NCBI GenBank assembly: GCA_002633005.1
Contig: NMRA01000365.1
Location: 330,708-394,707 of the forward strand
Length of the DNA: 64,000 nt
Direction: 5' to 3'
DNA from: Phoronis australis
Lineage: Eukaryota > Animalia > Phoronida
The notes beneath the pieces are model-generated. The model did not search any database, was not told the origin of the DNA, and saw only the letters and a list, made by a program, of their open reading frames with translations. Positions 11,996 to 24,900 of this stretch are shown here, piece by piece; the stretch's first letter is position 1; each line of letters begins with the position of its first letter. The position numbers were made by a program, and so were the translations under genes.

Positions 11996-13389
11996 CAGGG
12001 CCCGGTCTCCAATCTCCGTACTCAGACTCGAATCATGCTCAAACTCACACTTCTTACTCAACTCGAGTACAGACTCAGCTTTGGTGTATTCAATGTCATA
12101 CTCGAAAAATCTGTACTCGAAATTTCAAGCACGTTCTCAGTTTTCGAGTGTACTCGAACTGAAGTGTATCTCATCTATATTTCGAGTACGATTTTGAGTA
12201 AAAATTTGGAGTCTATGCTCAAATTTCAAGTTTGGTATGGCAGTGTGCTTGAAATCGTACTCGAAAATAAATACGAGCCAGGGAACAAAATATCGAAAGG
12301 AAACCAAGAAACACAGCAAATCTAAAAAAAATAAATCCTCTTATTGTATCTCAGCACTTCAACTTAGGTTCAGAGATAAGTTTTCATCTTAAATCTTCTT
12401 ATTCTTCACCTTATTAACCCGCCGTATCACTGTATGTTATGGCCGCCATTCTACCTCTACAATTCCTGGCAACAGGCGCATTGTAATCCCTTGTCGGCGA
12501 GTCATAACAAGCGTCGAAAGCAGTTGTGGGAAAAGTCGTGTGAGAAGTTTGTGCTGCCCTTATTTCGGTATGTGTGCCTACGTTTTGTAGGGTTTCCAAA
12601 AGACGAGGAGGGGAGGGAAGTTAAAAAAAGTTCGCTTCCCTGTCAGGTACATTTCTCATCATAACTTAGTCATCTATAATTCCTCAATCCCCAAATGGAA
12701 TTCCAGATTTTGTTTGCCGATTTCTAAGTAGACGTCTCGTCCTGTTCAGTGCCACTGGTGAACTCTGAATGCCTGCACAAGTATTGTTTTTTAACTCACG
12801 TGCCAAATGTCAACTCACTTGATACATCCCGGTAAAATACAAAGATACAGTATCGAAGTTTGACATCAGCGTAGGCCTACACAGCAATGGGTTTTATGTC
12901 AAGACTAAATTAGCACTGAACAGAGATGTGATGTTATAAGCTGTTACATATTTCTTAAGACGTTTTCGGGACTGGGTGAGGAACTCAAGAAGTGAAGCTT
13001 AATAATTGCCAAATGTATCAAAGAAATGGCATAAGAATATTTATTGAAACTAAAAAATGAATAACAGTTACAGAACACTCAGAATTCTACGTTGTAGACA
13101 TACTCTTGTAGTTGTAGCGACAGCAGACGATAATGTAGGCCTAGTTCTTGGGGTGGTCTATTCCAATAGGGAGCGATGAATCAGCGCGGCTTTGCGTGAT
13201 TTTGCATTTCACATCATAAAGAGTTCCATAGCAACTCGAGTATGAGTCAGATTTGAGTACGTTTTGAGTCTACTCGAAATATGACATTAGATACGCTTTT
13301 TTGAGTACGACTCCAGTGAGCACGATTTTGAGTATGAAATTTCGAGTATGAGTACGAGTCTGAGTACGGAGATTGGAGACCGGGCCCTG
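11996..13389. mobile_element. Non-autonomous TIR element (hAT-like CAGGG termini) in the last TRAPPC6 intron
   Basis: Terminal inverted repeat CAGGGCCCGGTCTCCAATCTCCGTACTCAGACTCG at both ends, many subterminal TACTCGA/TCGAGTA motifs; no matching TSD seen. Confidence 0.8.
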
Positions 13390-13652
13390 ATTTCACGTCC
13401 GCACATCTCAAGTTGACTTTGAAACGTTTAAGTGTGCTCATACTATCTATCGTTTTTTAATGTACTACAGACGTTTTCCATTACAGAATTTTGATATCTT
13501 TTTGCTCTGGGTTCCTGGTTACTTCAGACAAATGGCGTTACCAAGTTGTTACTAAGCATTGCTGAATTCCTCGGGCACTATTTTGTCAACGTAAATATCA
13601 AGAACCGTTGAAAATCAAAATGTTTTAAATATTTGTATGGTTACTTTTGCAG

Positions 13653-13684
13653 GTAAATTCCAAATACAGATTCAAAGACAATAA
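13653..13684 (+). CDS. TRAPPC6B: TRAPPC6 last coding exon (CKFQIQIQRQ*)
   Basis: tttgcag|GT AAA TTC CAA...TAA, phase 1, matches the C-terminal CKFQ motif. Confidence 0.93.
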
Positions 13685-14084
13685 GTCCTGTGCAGCTGAG
13701 GATTGTCTATAATGGGCGTACAAAGTGCAATTGTGAAACATTAAGTTAGCAATTATTTCTGGCATAAGACCATTAGGATGTTTATCAAATGAAGAAACAG
13801 CCAAGTCCAACAGCTGAAGGGCCGAGCACATGAACTAGAACTGCACAGCGAAAATGCCCATAATTTGCCTCCTCTCCCAAACCCTGAAACCCAAATCTGA
13901 AAACTTGAAAAGTAAACCTCATGAGGAGTGAACTCATGAGAAATTTTGTAGTTGAAACGATGCAAGTTGTATAAATGACTTTATTTATATGTAGAGCTAA
14001 TCTGTGTAAATATATGTAGTTTCTATCATTGGTACCACTGGCTCTTCTAATCATAAAAACTGCCCTTATCTACAATTACAAAGT

Positions 14085-14191
14085 CTCTGTATAGCAATTA
14101 GCCAGGTATTACACAATTCATACTCCCGCACATGTATCTCTGTATACCAATTAGCCAGCTATTACACAATTCATACTCCCGCACATGTATC
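14085..14191. repeat. Tandem duplication of about 56 bp in the inter-stop 3' region
   Basis: tctctgtata.caattagccag.tattacacaattcatactcccgcacatgtatct occurs twice. Confidence 0.85.
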
Positions 14192-14512
14192 TAAATTACA
14201 ATTCATTGACTAGCCACTTCAGTCACAAACATAGAAGACTACAAGCATTAAACTGATCATCAGGCATCTTTATATGCAACATGTCTAGCATAAGGGTATG
14301 GTGAAGTTCAAAAAAAGGATGTCCAACAATAAACCCACCCATACACAGAATTCAGTAGTTAAATGACTCGTGACTATGAAACAACTCATGTTTATCAAAA
14401 GGGAAGCAAAATTGATTACACAAATGGTCAGTCTAATCCACGTGGAATACTCTGTACCTGCCACTGCACCAAATACAACATCAAATGTTGTACAGAAGAA
14501 TTAACACGTCTA

Positions 14513-15973
14513 TTATGTAGTGCTTCTTTTGTCATTGACGATTATGGGAATCCTATAGACACGGATCTTGACGGTGGGTAAAGCAGCGCACAATCTATCA
14601 CCCAGTGTGTCCATGCTCCATGACTCATTCACAGTATCGTACACTACAACAACAGTCTTCTTCTTAACGAGAGGAAGAGACGCCTCTGACCTCTTATTTT
14701 CCAAATGAGAATCTGCAGCATCTGATGCCTTCTCACTGAAGCCTGAATGCGATTCTGTCTTTTCAACCTTCTCGTCAGTTGCAGGATACTCTTTCTCATT
14801 CTGTGCAGATACATCCTTCTCTTCATTTACAGGTGTTTCCAACTTATCATTTAGAGGCACTTGAAAGTGCTCAGTTGTTGCAGGCAGCTGAGTTTCGTCC
14901 TGAGCACCTAACCATTTGGTCCTCTCATCAGTTACAATGGGCTCCGTCTTCTCATTAGTCACAGCTAATGATTCTGCATTCTCATTGGTTATAGCCGATT
15001 CTGTCTCCATTTTGGTAACAAGAGTTTCAGCATTCTCGTTGGTTACAGCAAGTGCCCCTGTTTTCTCGTTGTTTCCTGAAAGTGGTTTGGTATCCTCTGT
15101 TGTAACTGAAAGTGACTCAGTCTTCTCATTGGATCCTGAGAGTGCTTTTACTTGACCACTCGTTCCTGAAAGTGACTCGGTATTCTCATTGGCTTCTGAA
15201 AAAGTTTCTGCCTTATCACTGGATACTGAAAGTGATTCTGCTTTCTCACTGGTGACTGAAACTGACTTTGGCTTCTCATTGGCCACTAAAAGTATTTCTG
15301 TATTCTCGTTGGACACCAAAACAGATTCAGTCTTTTCATTGGATAGAGGTAGGGACTCTCCATTCCCATTGGGCACTTCTTCAAGGGATGGCAGTGACGC
15401 CTCTCCTCTCTCATAGGCTGGCAAGGCTGATTCATTTGACAATTGAGACTGGATCTTGGATACATTGCCACTAGACAAGTTGACTTTGGCCATAGTAGAT
15501 GGGCACTCTGGTTTTTGAGTTGCTCCTTCGACAGAGTCAACAGGAACTCTCTCACTGAAGCCCAACTTTGCTTCAGATGTGGCCTCCAACACATCCACCA
15601 TTTCCACATCTGCAGGATCCCCTGGTCTCTCTTCTTTACTAACTTGGCCATTTTCCGACCTTGACTCTTCATGCGACAGGACTACGCTATTATGCAGGCC
15701 TTCCTTCCTTTGAAAGGCATCGTTAGTCTTGCCATCAGGCAAGTCACCATTGGTATCACACTTAGAATGTTCGGCGGCAGATCTATCTGAATGACACTCG
15801 ACGTCCTTGAAAAGAGGCTTTTCGAAGCAAAACGGAATGAAGGCTACTTTAGACATCGTCTGACTAGACTCCATTTCGTCAATGTCCTCCGATGGCATCA
15901 CACCCCAATCAAATTGCCTTAGAAACTTCATTGTCTTCACGTGTTGGAAAATTGCATGGTTCATCCTTCCACC
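14513..15973 (-). CDS. Coding exon 13: last LRR, long acidic insert with decapeptide repeats, C-terminal cap
   Basis: ttacag|GGT GGA AGG ATG in frame with the 483-aa ORF; ends LCAALPTVKIRVYRIP...*. Confidence 0.9.
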   Translation of the reverse strand, partial: GGRMNHAIFQHVKTMKFLRQFDWGVMPSEDIDEMESSQTMSKVAFIPFCFEKPLFKDVECHSDRSAAEHSKCDTNGDLPDGKTNDAFQRKEGLHNSVVLSHEESRSENGQVSKEERPGDPADVEMVDVLEATSEAKLGFSERVPVDSVEGATQKPECPSTMAKVNLSSGNVSKIQSQLSNESALPAYERGEASLPSLEEVPNGNGESLPLSNEKTESVLVSNENTEILLVANEKPKSVSVTSEKAESLSVSSDKAETFSEANENTESLSGTSGQVKALSGSNEKTESLSVTTEDTKPLSGNNEKTGALAVTNENAETLVTKMETESAITNENAESLAVTNEKTEPIVTDERTKWLGAQDETQLPATTEHFQVPLNDKLETPVNEEKDVSAQNEKEYPATDEKVEKTESHSGFSEKASDAADSHLENKRSEASLPLVKKKTVVVVYDTVNESWSMDTLGDRLCAALPTVKIRVYRIPIIVNDKRSTT

Positions 15974-18900
15974 CTGTAACAGACAACATCATTGAAACTT
16001 ATGAGCAAGATTGCATTAATCTGTTGAAAGATATACATAAATCTATGGAAGTCTTTCCTGTCATAAGTAACTTTTAAATACCACATACCTTCATGGAACA
16101 GATACTTTGCAAGTGTGAACATTAACAGGAAATTAATTTTTTAACACACCCCAGCACAACTTCCAACTTCTGTCGTCACATCCAAAGTCACAACTCATTC
16201 CAGTCTAGCAAACACAGCTTTTGCGTTCCTTTGATCTTGGTGAATTTTATTGCTGTAATGTTGTTTTTCATAGTACTTCAGTGTAAGGACTTCCTAACTT
16301 CACACAAATCACAAGTTGTATTAAAGCGGTTGTGCTGGTAACACGACTTGAGGTGAAAAGATTAACACTAGAGATCCAAGAGCCACTTTCACTCACTTTA
16401 TTGGAAAGTCCATTAAACTCCTTGAGAAGATTTTGATGCAGGCAACAAAAAGTCTCAACTTCTTAACGTTTCATTCGTCAAAACACAAAGCTTTCAATTC
16501 ACAATTTCATGTCCAATGACCGCAAAGGTCTCTAGAAAAAGCAGGCCCGTTTCCAGCCCATCTGATGCAAGTTAGAGACAGCATACCTTTTCTCTGGTAT
16601 CTGGCCACACTGAGAAGACTCGTAGAGACGTGAGGGCTGCGACCACCTTCAGGATACCCTCGTCCAGTCTGTACATGATCAACTCCAGCTCTTTCAGTCT
16701 GCAATAAGTAATGGCTGTTTTGGTTTAATTTTACCACTGTATCTTAAGGTTATGCAGGACCTTGTCAACAAATCTGGATATTTACCAAAATATCTACAAA
16801 ACTATGGAGTTTAACTCTATAAGCAAGTGTACATTTTCTGAAAGTAGAAAGCCAGTTAAATTCCATGTTGACATGTTATCAATACGCTATAAATTGAGTC
16901 ACAGGGCCTTTGAAGAAAAAAATATGGCAAAACATTAGTATCAATAACATCATCAAATTTGATTTGACTTAAATGCTCAAAATGAAATCTCAAAAATGCA
17001 GTTACAGTTTTCTAAACCTTCATTTCATTTTTGTTTTATGTTTCTTTTTTAGCTGTTTTGCGAAAATCACTGATAAATTCTATTTTTGATAGCCCCTCAT
17101 GGAAAAGTGGAACATTTTAAAATAATTCCTAACAGCCCTAGAGATGGCAGTGCATAAAGAAAAATATCTCAAAGTTTCCTATGAATTCCATCTGCCATTT
17201 CTGAGATGTTAGTCAAATCTAACGTGATCACATTTGTTTTTGGCCATAATATGAACATGAAATTTAAAATCAACGCATTCGAACAAAGACATCGTATTAG
17301 TCGACGTTTTGGATTATTATCACTAAACCATTCTCAAGACAATATTCTTCACAATACTCCAGTCAGGTAACATAGGAGAACAGTCAGGTAACATAGGAGA
17401 ACAGTCAGGTAACATAGGAGAACAGTCAGGTAACATAGGAGAACAGTCAGGTAACATAGGAGAACAGTCAGGTAACATAGGAGAACAGTCAGGTAACATA
17501 GGAGAACAGTCAGGTAACATAGGAGAGCAGTCAGGTAACATAGGAGAACAGTCTGGTAACATAGGAGAACAGTCAGGTAACATAGGAGAACAGTCTGGTA
17601 ACATAGGAGAACAGTCTGGTAACATAGGAGAACAGTCTGCACAAGTATACATCAAAATACATAATAAGTAGAGAGACCAGAAATTAAAACAATTGGAGCT
17701 CAAATAAACCAAAGTTTCTATTTAAATAGAGCTCGGTGTGATTCAACCATACATAGTCTCCTTTATGAGCATCCTGAAGGTGGTATTGTCCTTGTCCAAG
17801 ATCTGAACACCAGAGTAATCTAGTGTGACCCATGGTCAATGAATGATCGAGAACAGCACAGTGTGTCTTTACATAGCATCCTACATAAACTAGATAATAT
17901 TAGCAAGCGTCCATATATCTAAATTGAGACTCTCACTGACATAAGGCTAAGAGAAACGGTCATGGATACATTAAGTCAGATTTTCACTGGCTCAAGGATA
18001 TCTCAAACCTTATTCACAAAAATTGCCCATTTTTACAATATTTCACGTATGCCTAGCGAAACACTTAATCTTCATTTTCGGGGAATTTCAAATACAAAAT
18101 ATTCACAGTAGCGAGAAAAAGATTTTAATAGCAGAACCACCTTGGAACCGCACAACCACGTGGAAATTTGTTTACTACTTATCTGAGGTCAAAGGTTACG
18201 GGACTGTTACTCAAATCGAATCTCCTGCCAGGCACAGAGCAGCTCTGTATGTACCCTCAGTCCTTTCATTCCCCGAGTCACCATAATAGTGAGTCAACGA
18301 TGTGCTCATATGACAGAAAGATGCCGAGAAAAATGAAGACAAAACATACTTTTGATCCCGATGAGTTGTGTGTTTGCATGCATAAAACCATTTTGAATGA
18401 ATGCGTAACGTAACAAAAACGAATACAACTGCTATTTTAAAAAAATTTTAAAATACCTTACATTTTGTGAGTTGATTTGTCATAGAAACCAAACAACAAG
18501 AGCAACGCAGAGCGTTGAAATGCGCCCACAATTGCATATGGTATCCTTCTAGGGTTGTTTATTGGTACCATAAAGTGGCCAGTAGAGGGCATATATGTAG
18601 TATGTTGTACTTTGCAAAATGGAAAGGCATGGTCATGGTCTCCTCAATAGGCTAGGGGCAAAATGTGAGTGATCTTCATGATACAAGCACATCCTATGCA
18701 TCAGTTGCTTAAAGCACCACAGAAACATAGAATTAAAAACAAATTTACCAACATACGAGATTAGCAAAGCATTAGAATGCCAGAAACAAATTTCTACTTG
18801 GAACTTTTCCTTCATAGTCACGAAGTAACACAAAGTATACACCTGAAGACCTATGAAAATACAGAGGTCAATGTAAAATACTAAAATTGCCACTAGAGGC

Positions 18901-21900
18901 ATACCGGTAGTCAGAATCATCCTAAAGTCGTCATCGTCCGTTGTCAACGTCACATAAATATACTTCCTAAATTTAGTAAAGATCCTGCAAACGGTTTGGG
19001 AGATACAGCCATGGGCGCAAAAAAAACTGCCACTAAGAGGCGCCACAGTAATCAAAGTCATGGGAAATTCAGCGTCAACTGTCCTCTTCATAGTAAGAAC
19101 ATACATGCCAATTTTCACAATCATACTTATAGCGGTTTGGTTGATAGAGGGGTGGACGCCAAAAAACAGACTCAAAAACAGTAAAAATGGCCACTGGGTG
19201 TTGCAAACTAGGTCGAATCCATCCGAAAACGGGAGGATAGCGTCATCGCACTAATAAGTGCCTACATTACCAAATTTCATGAAAATCCGTTAAGGACTTG
19301 TGAAGATACAGAGGAAAACGTAAAAAAATAAAATTGCCACTAGGGGAACACTGGTAGGCGGATCCGTCCAAAAGTCGTCATCGTCTGTTTTTAACATAAT
19401 ATAAATACACTTATTAAATTTCGTAAAGATCCTGCGAACGGTTTAGGAGATACAGCCATAGGCGCAAAAAAACAAAACTGCCACTAGGAGGCGCCACAGT
19501 GGTCGAAATCGTCGGAAAATTATCGTCAACCATCCTCTACATAGTAAGCATATACATGCCAATTTTCACAATCATTCTTTGAGCGGTTTGGTTGATAGAG
19601 GAGTGGATGCACAAAAACATACTCGAAAACACTAAAAGTGGCCACTAGGTGGCGCAAACTACGTCGAATCCATCTGAAAACGGCAGGATAGCGTCACCTC
19701 ACATACCAAATTTCATGAAAATCCGTTCAGGACTTTTGAAGATACAAAGGTAAGCGTAAAAAACTAAAATTGCCACTAGGGGGCACACCGGTAGTCGGAT
19801 CCGTCCGAAAGTTCGCACATGCCGTCCCATTCATAAATGGAACATATGTGCCAAATTTCATGAACATATGTCAAAGGGTTTTGGAGATAGAGCAGCGGAC
19901 GCCGGACACACACCGCCCGTACGGACAGACGGAGATGACGGCATAATGCGTCCACATAAAAATATGTGGGCGCATAAAAAGCCTAATCGGAAATTCCTAA
20001 GTGTTTTTTGAGGTAACTGGTGAAGTTTTCATGTTACAAAAAGTTTGATCAAAATTGACCAAGAAGTTATTTTTCTGCGAATGTACCTTTTTTAAAATTG
20101 AAAGTTATGTTAAACAAGAGCAGTGCGGAGCATTGAAATGCGCCCACGAATGCATCACAAATGGTGTGCTTTTAGGGGGTTTTGTTTGTATCATCGAAAT
20201 GGCCACTAGATGACACAAAATATGCCGAATCGGTCTGAAAACCAGAAAATGTCACCGTTTCTTTAAAAGAAAGCCATTTACAACAAAAATGGCCACTAGG
20301 TGGCGCAAACTACGAATCCATCCGAAAACGAGAGGATAGCGTCATCTCACTAATAGATGTCTATGTGCCAAATTTTACGGAAATCCGTTGAGGAACTTTG
20401 AAGATACAGAGGCAAACGCAATAAACTAAAACTGCCACTAGGGGGCACACCGGTACACCGATCAGTTCGAAAGTCGTCGTCGTCAACTTCATATAAATAA
20501 ATTTGCTAAATTTAATAAAGATCCTGTAGAACGTTTAGGAGATACAGCCACGGCCGCAAAAACAAACAAAACAAACTGCCACTAGGAGGCGCCACTGTAG
20601 TCGAAGTCGTTGGAAAATCATTGTCAATTGTCTTCCTCATAGTAACAATACACATGCCAATTTTCACAATCATCCTTAAAGTGGTTTGGTTGTTAGAGGG
20701 GCGGACACCAAAGAAACGACTCGAAAACAGTAAAAACGGCCACTAGATTCTGCAAGGGGTTTAGGAGATACAGCCGCGGACGCCCAGACAGAGATGACGG
20801 CAATATGCGACCACATCTAAATATGTGGGTGCATAAAAAAAGGAGTTAACACAATAGCAGCAGCAACAGCAGCAGCAGCAACAACAATAATAATGGTAAT
20901 AAATATACAACTTCTTTTTATATATACTTTTACAAGTTTACAAAGCCAAGTTAATTGATATACGAGTTAGCATGGAGGCCACTAAATAAGGTTTGAGATA
21001 ACCTTACAGTGCTGCCAATCAAGATCAGCCTTATTAGTAGTGCTTGGAAAATCCTGCTGCAAACCATATCAATCTGTGGCAATCTAGAAGCAGGGACTCA
21101 TCTAGCGGCCGTCCTGGCCGTCCTTGGGACGGCCCTTTGAAAAAAATGACGGCTTTGGACGGCACGGCCAAGACGGAAAAAAGACGGCCTGTTCCAAAAC
21201 AACCTCGGTGAAAATGAAGTCTAAACGAAGAATTTTAACATTTATTATTAATAAATTTCATTGAAACCTACAATTCATTAATTAAGTTCGCTAAATATTA
21301 AGAAATAACTCGACATTAGAAACTTTTGCCGTCTATTTTTACTATACATGTAAATGTCACAATGACGATCGGCAGATACTGGCAGCCATCTTTGGGGAAT
21401 ACATTCCTATTCTGTGACGTCAAGGTGACTTCATACGGAATCCCCCGCACGACTAGTGTCGAGAAAAGTTGCATCCAGCGCTAACTACCCGTACATGGAC
21501 ACTTAATCTTTGAAATTGAAGAACCCACACCCGAAGTTGAAAGGATTTGCCGTACTCCTAATGCTAGTTGCCGACGCGGAAGTTGAAGCGGCACTCGATA
21601 TATTCGACGGAGCAGCCAATTTGAAATAGCCGACGGAGAACGTACACTTCGAAAAAATGATACCCGACAAAATTCTAGCACTGACCTGCCGTACAAATGC
21701 CACCAATGTCGTTGAACNGTTGAGCACTGGTGATACTGATTTGTGAATTTGTTGAGGATATGGTCTTGTTTTTGTAGATTCGTGAATTGCATTACTGTGC
21801 GATGTAACGACACGTAGACATGTACTCTAGAATTTATTTCTTCATGTCCTTTCGAATGCAACTTCATTGTCTTCTCACAGTTTCAAGTGGTTTCTCAACT

Positions 21901-24900
21901 GCATTTTACTCTTCTCTTTTGAGAGCTTCAAGATACATTGAGCCCTGTACTCATGCTGTCTATCATGCAACTCTACATAGATAATCTTACTAAAAAGATT
22001 TACAGATCTTGATTTTTGCAGCCTAGTGACAATACACACATCCTGAATGGAACAAACCTCCTAATTTTTGTTTAGTTTCCCTAGGTACCGTCCTTTGAAC
22101 AAGAAAAAGACATCCAAACAGTGTGCTAAATAAAATGCAAGAAAATGACCTTTTTTATGTAATATTTTTTTCCTCACCGGGTTGGGGAATTCCCCCACCT
22201 CCCCCCCAACTTCCAACCCCCACCTTCCCCCCCAACTTCCACCCCTCCCCCCATCAGCGCTGCGCGCCTCAGATTTGCGCTTTGCACGACTCGTCAGTCT
22301 CACGAATTTGGACCCCCAATTTTTAAATCCTAGATGAGTCCCTGTCTAGAAGTCACTAAAGCAGCTTTGAAGTATCAGGAAGTATCCTCAGATCTCACAT
22401 GCCCATCAACATATAGGACTATTAGGTCTATCATGGAAAAAACCCAGTAGTCATATCCCAAACTCGTTCGCCGTAAGAACACCTGTTACAATTCTCTAGA
22501 ATATCGGAAACAACAAAGGTATCTATATCATTATACAATCTTATGAAACCCAGATGTGAATGGAACAAGAAATTCATAGATTTTACCAATGCAGTACATA
22601 CCTGACCATATTCTTCAGTGCCTTAGCCAACCCTAGATCAGGTAGTTCACCACCACATTCCAGTCGAAGATGTCGTAGCTCAGTCAGCACAGCTAGGAAC
22701 CCAAAAGCCTGGAATGTGGAAATATTAATTTCGATGGAACTGTTCTATGAAGAAATTTAAACTTTTTTTCAAATTTTGACGTTTTAATTGAGTAATTTGG
22801 TCACAAAAAAACAAATATTAAAAACGATTACCATGGGAACACATGTTGTAACCCATGCCTGGGCTTTATTGTTTGCCCACTGAGGAAGGGTTACACCTCT
22901 AATTTTTCCATCTTCAAATTTGTGCTAAATGCAAAGTGATTATTAAATTTTTAGGAATTTGGAAATGCAGGAAATCTATTTAAAATTTTTTTGAAAACGA
23001 TATCCAGTTTTTCAAACATTAACTGATCATTAATCAGAATTGGCTGATTGAACTCATAGGCAACTTTCAGATATTTCGCTGTGTACAGTTCTCCAGGAAT
23101 TGGTTTTTAAATATTCCACCAAAAAGAATTTTTACATAAGGACTCAAAATTTGCACACAAAGAAAAAGAAAATTAACAAAATTAAGCATTTTGAGAAGTC
23201 AACTTGAGCATTTACACCAAACAATACTTGGTCATGGTTACCTTTGTTAAGCTATATATGAACCTCCCCTTTTTGCTAAAAAATCAGCAATTTAAGCCAG
23301 ATTGTTAAGAAAAACTCAAACGTCACAGCCTCAGGCATTCTGATTTCACAGAATATAGACCTTTTACCAGGTTAGCACATATATTTGTAGGTATTCAGCT
23401 AAATGCAGACTTGCCACTAAAGTCCTACATAACCTTTACAGTTAATGCAATCCCCAAAACTGGCTTCACTTGACTAACTTCCCTGGTTCCGCCGGGTCAA
23501 ACGGTTAAGACATCTGATTGGTGCGTCTTAGCCAGTTGATTCAGCTGAACTGGCAAAATTGATCAAGTGCAGCCAAATGTGTACCATAAACAACATACCT
23601 CTTCTGACCAGTTGAGGCAGTCACCAAGCTCAAGCTGATGCAGACCCTGGAGTTGTGCCAGGAATGTCAAGTCTTCAGACTGTACGTTAGTCAGTGTGGT
23701 CAATGACTGGCAACAAACAGTGTATGCAGTTAAAGAGACTTTCTCTTAACTGGATAATTAAGTAACATGTTAATCCAACAACATATCATGGATATCAAGT
23801 GACCATCACAAGACATCATGACCTATTTGACCATTTAAAGCATTTGCTTTAAACCTCCACTCCACCCATGAAGCAAACTTTTCCACATTCTGTCCAAGAA
23901 ACAAACTTTTGATATAGGCCACTTACTGCTATTTAGGTCACTTACTGCTATTTAGGCCACTTACTGTTATCTAGGTCACTTACTGCTATTTAGGTCACTT
24001 ACTGTTTTTTAGGCCACTCAATGCTATTTAGGTCACTTACTGCTATTTAGTCCCAACATGCTCTTTAATCAGGTGAGAAGTGATTTCTGGACTTGCACAA
24101 AACCCAACGAGACCAACCAGGATACATAACATGAAACACTGTTACAAGTCAACTTTTACAGACTTATTTCAAGCAATAATGAACACTCAATTCTTTTGGA
24201 GCACTAAAAGGCAATGTCAGCATTCCCGTGCTGCCATTATGGCGTTTTGTCCATGCCCAGCTTGCAGAGTCTTAGTTAGTTTTATCTACTACGTCATAAT
24301 AAATGACAATATTCGCAATCCTCCTTTTTTTACTCTGCAACATAGCTCGTGGCGTACCCCGGGCAATATAGATTACGATAAAATCACTTCTAATTTGACC
24401 AAAGAACAATTTGACACCAATTTCACATCAACAACTCAAAAAGCCATTTATAGCCACTTTAGGCAGCTGATGAATTTCCTGATGACTCATAACAATATAA
24501 GAATCATAAAGGTTGGGCACTAAAATTTTGTCACGAATTCAAATAAAAGCTGCATGAACAGCACTCTCAGATTGGTATTGCCTAAACCCGTGAAGCATCA
24601 CCTTCCCTTAATCCTATTAAATTTTCCTAATGAGAGGTGAAATGACAACATAATTTCCAAAACAAATGCTTAACTCTAAATTCAAAGAGATTAAATAGTC
24701 AACATGGCACATTTCAGTTGTGCTTTAACTTCTACGCTTGGTGCAAATGAAACTTCCGAGTTTGGGCAAGAAAGCCTATGACAAGGACAGGATATTTGTC
24801 ATCCAATTTGAAAAACTAAACTTCCACTCGTGTGCAATTTACTTCTTCTTAGCTCTCATTTGATATAGAACTTATTGAGTTACCTTTTGTTTGATCTTGA

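Noticed and set aside
17323-17712. (PDCSPML)n ORF; CRISPR-like appearance of tandem arrays
   Set aside because: Pure 21-bp tandem repeat without unique spacers; eukaryotic intron, no cas genes.
18633-19254. 180-aa hydrophobic ORF and neighbours
   Set aside because: Lie within the HINE-like repeat; frame not preserved between copies.
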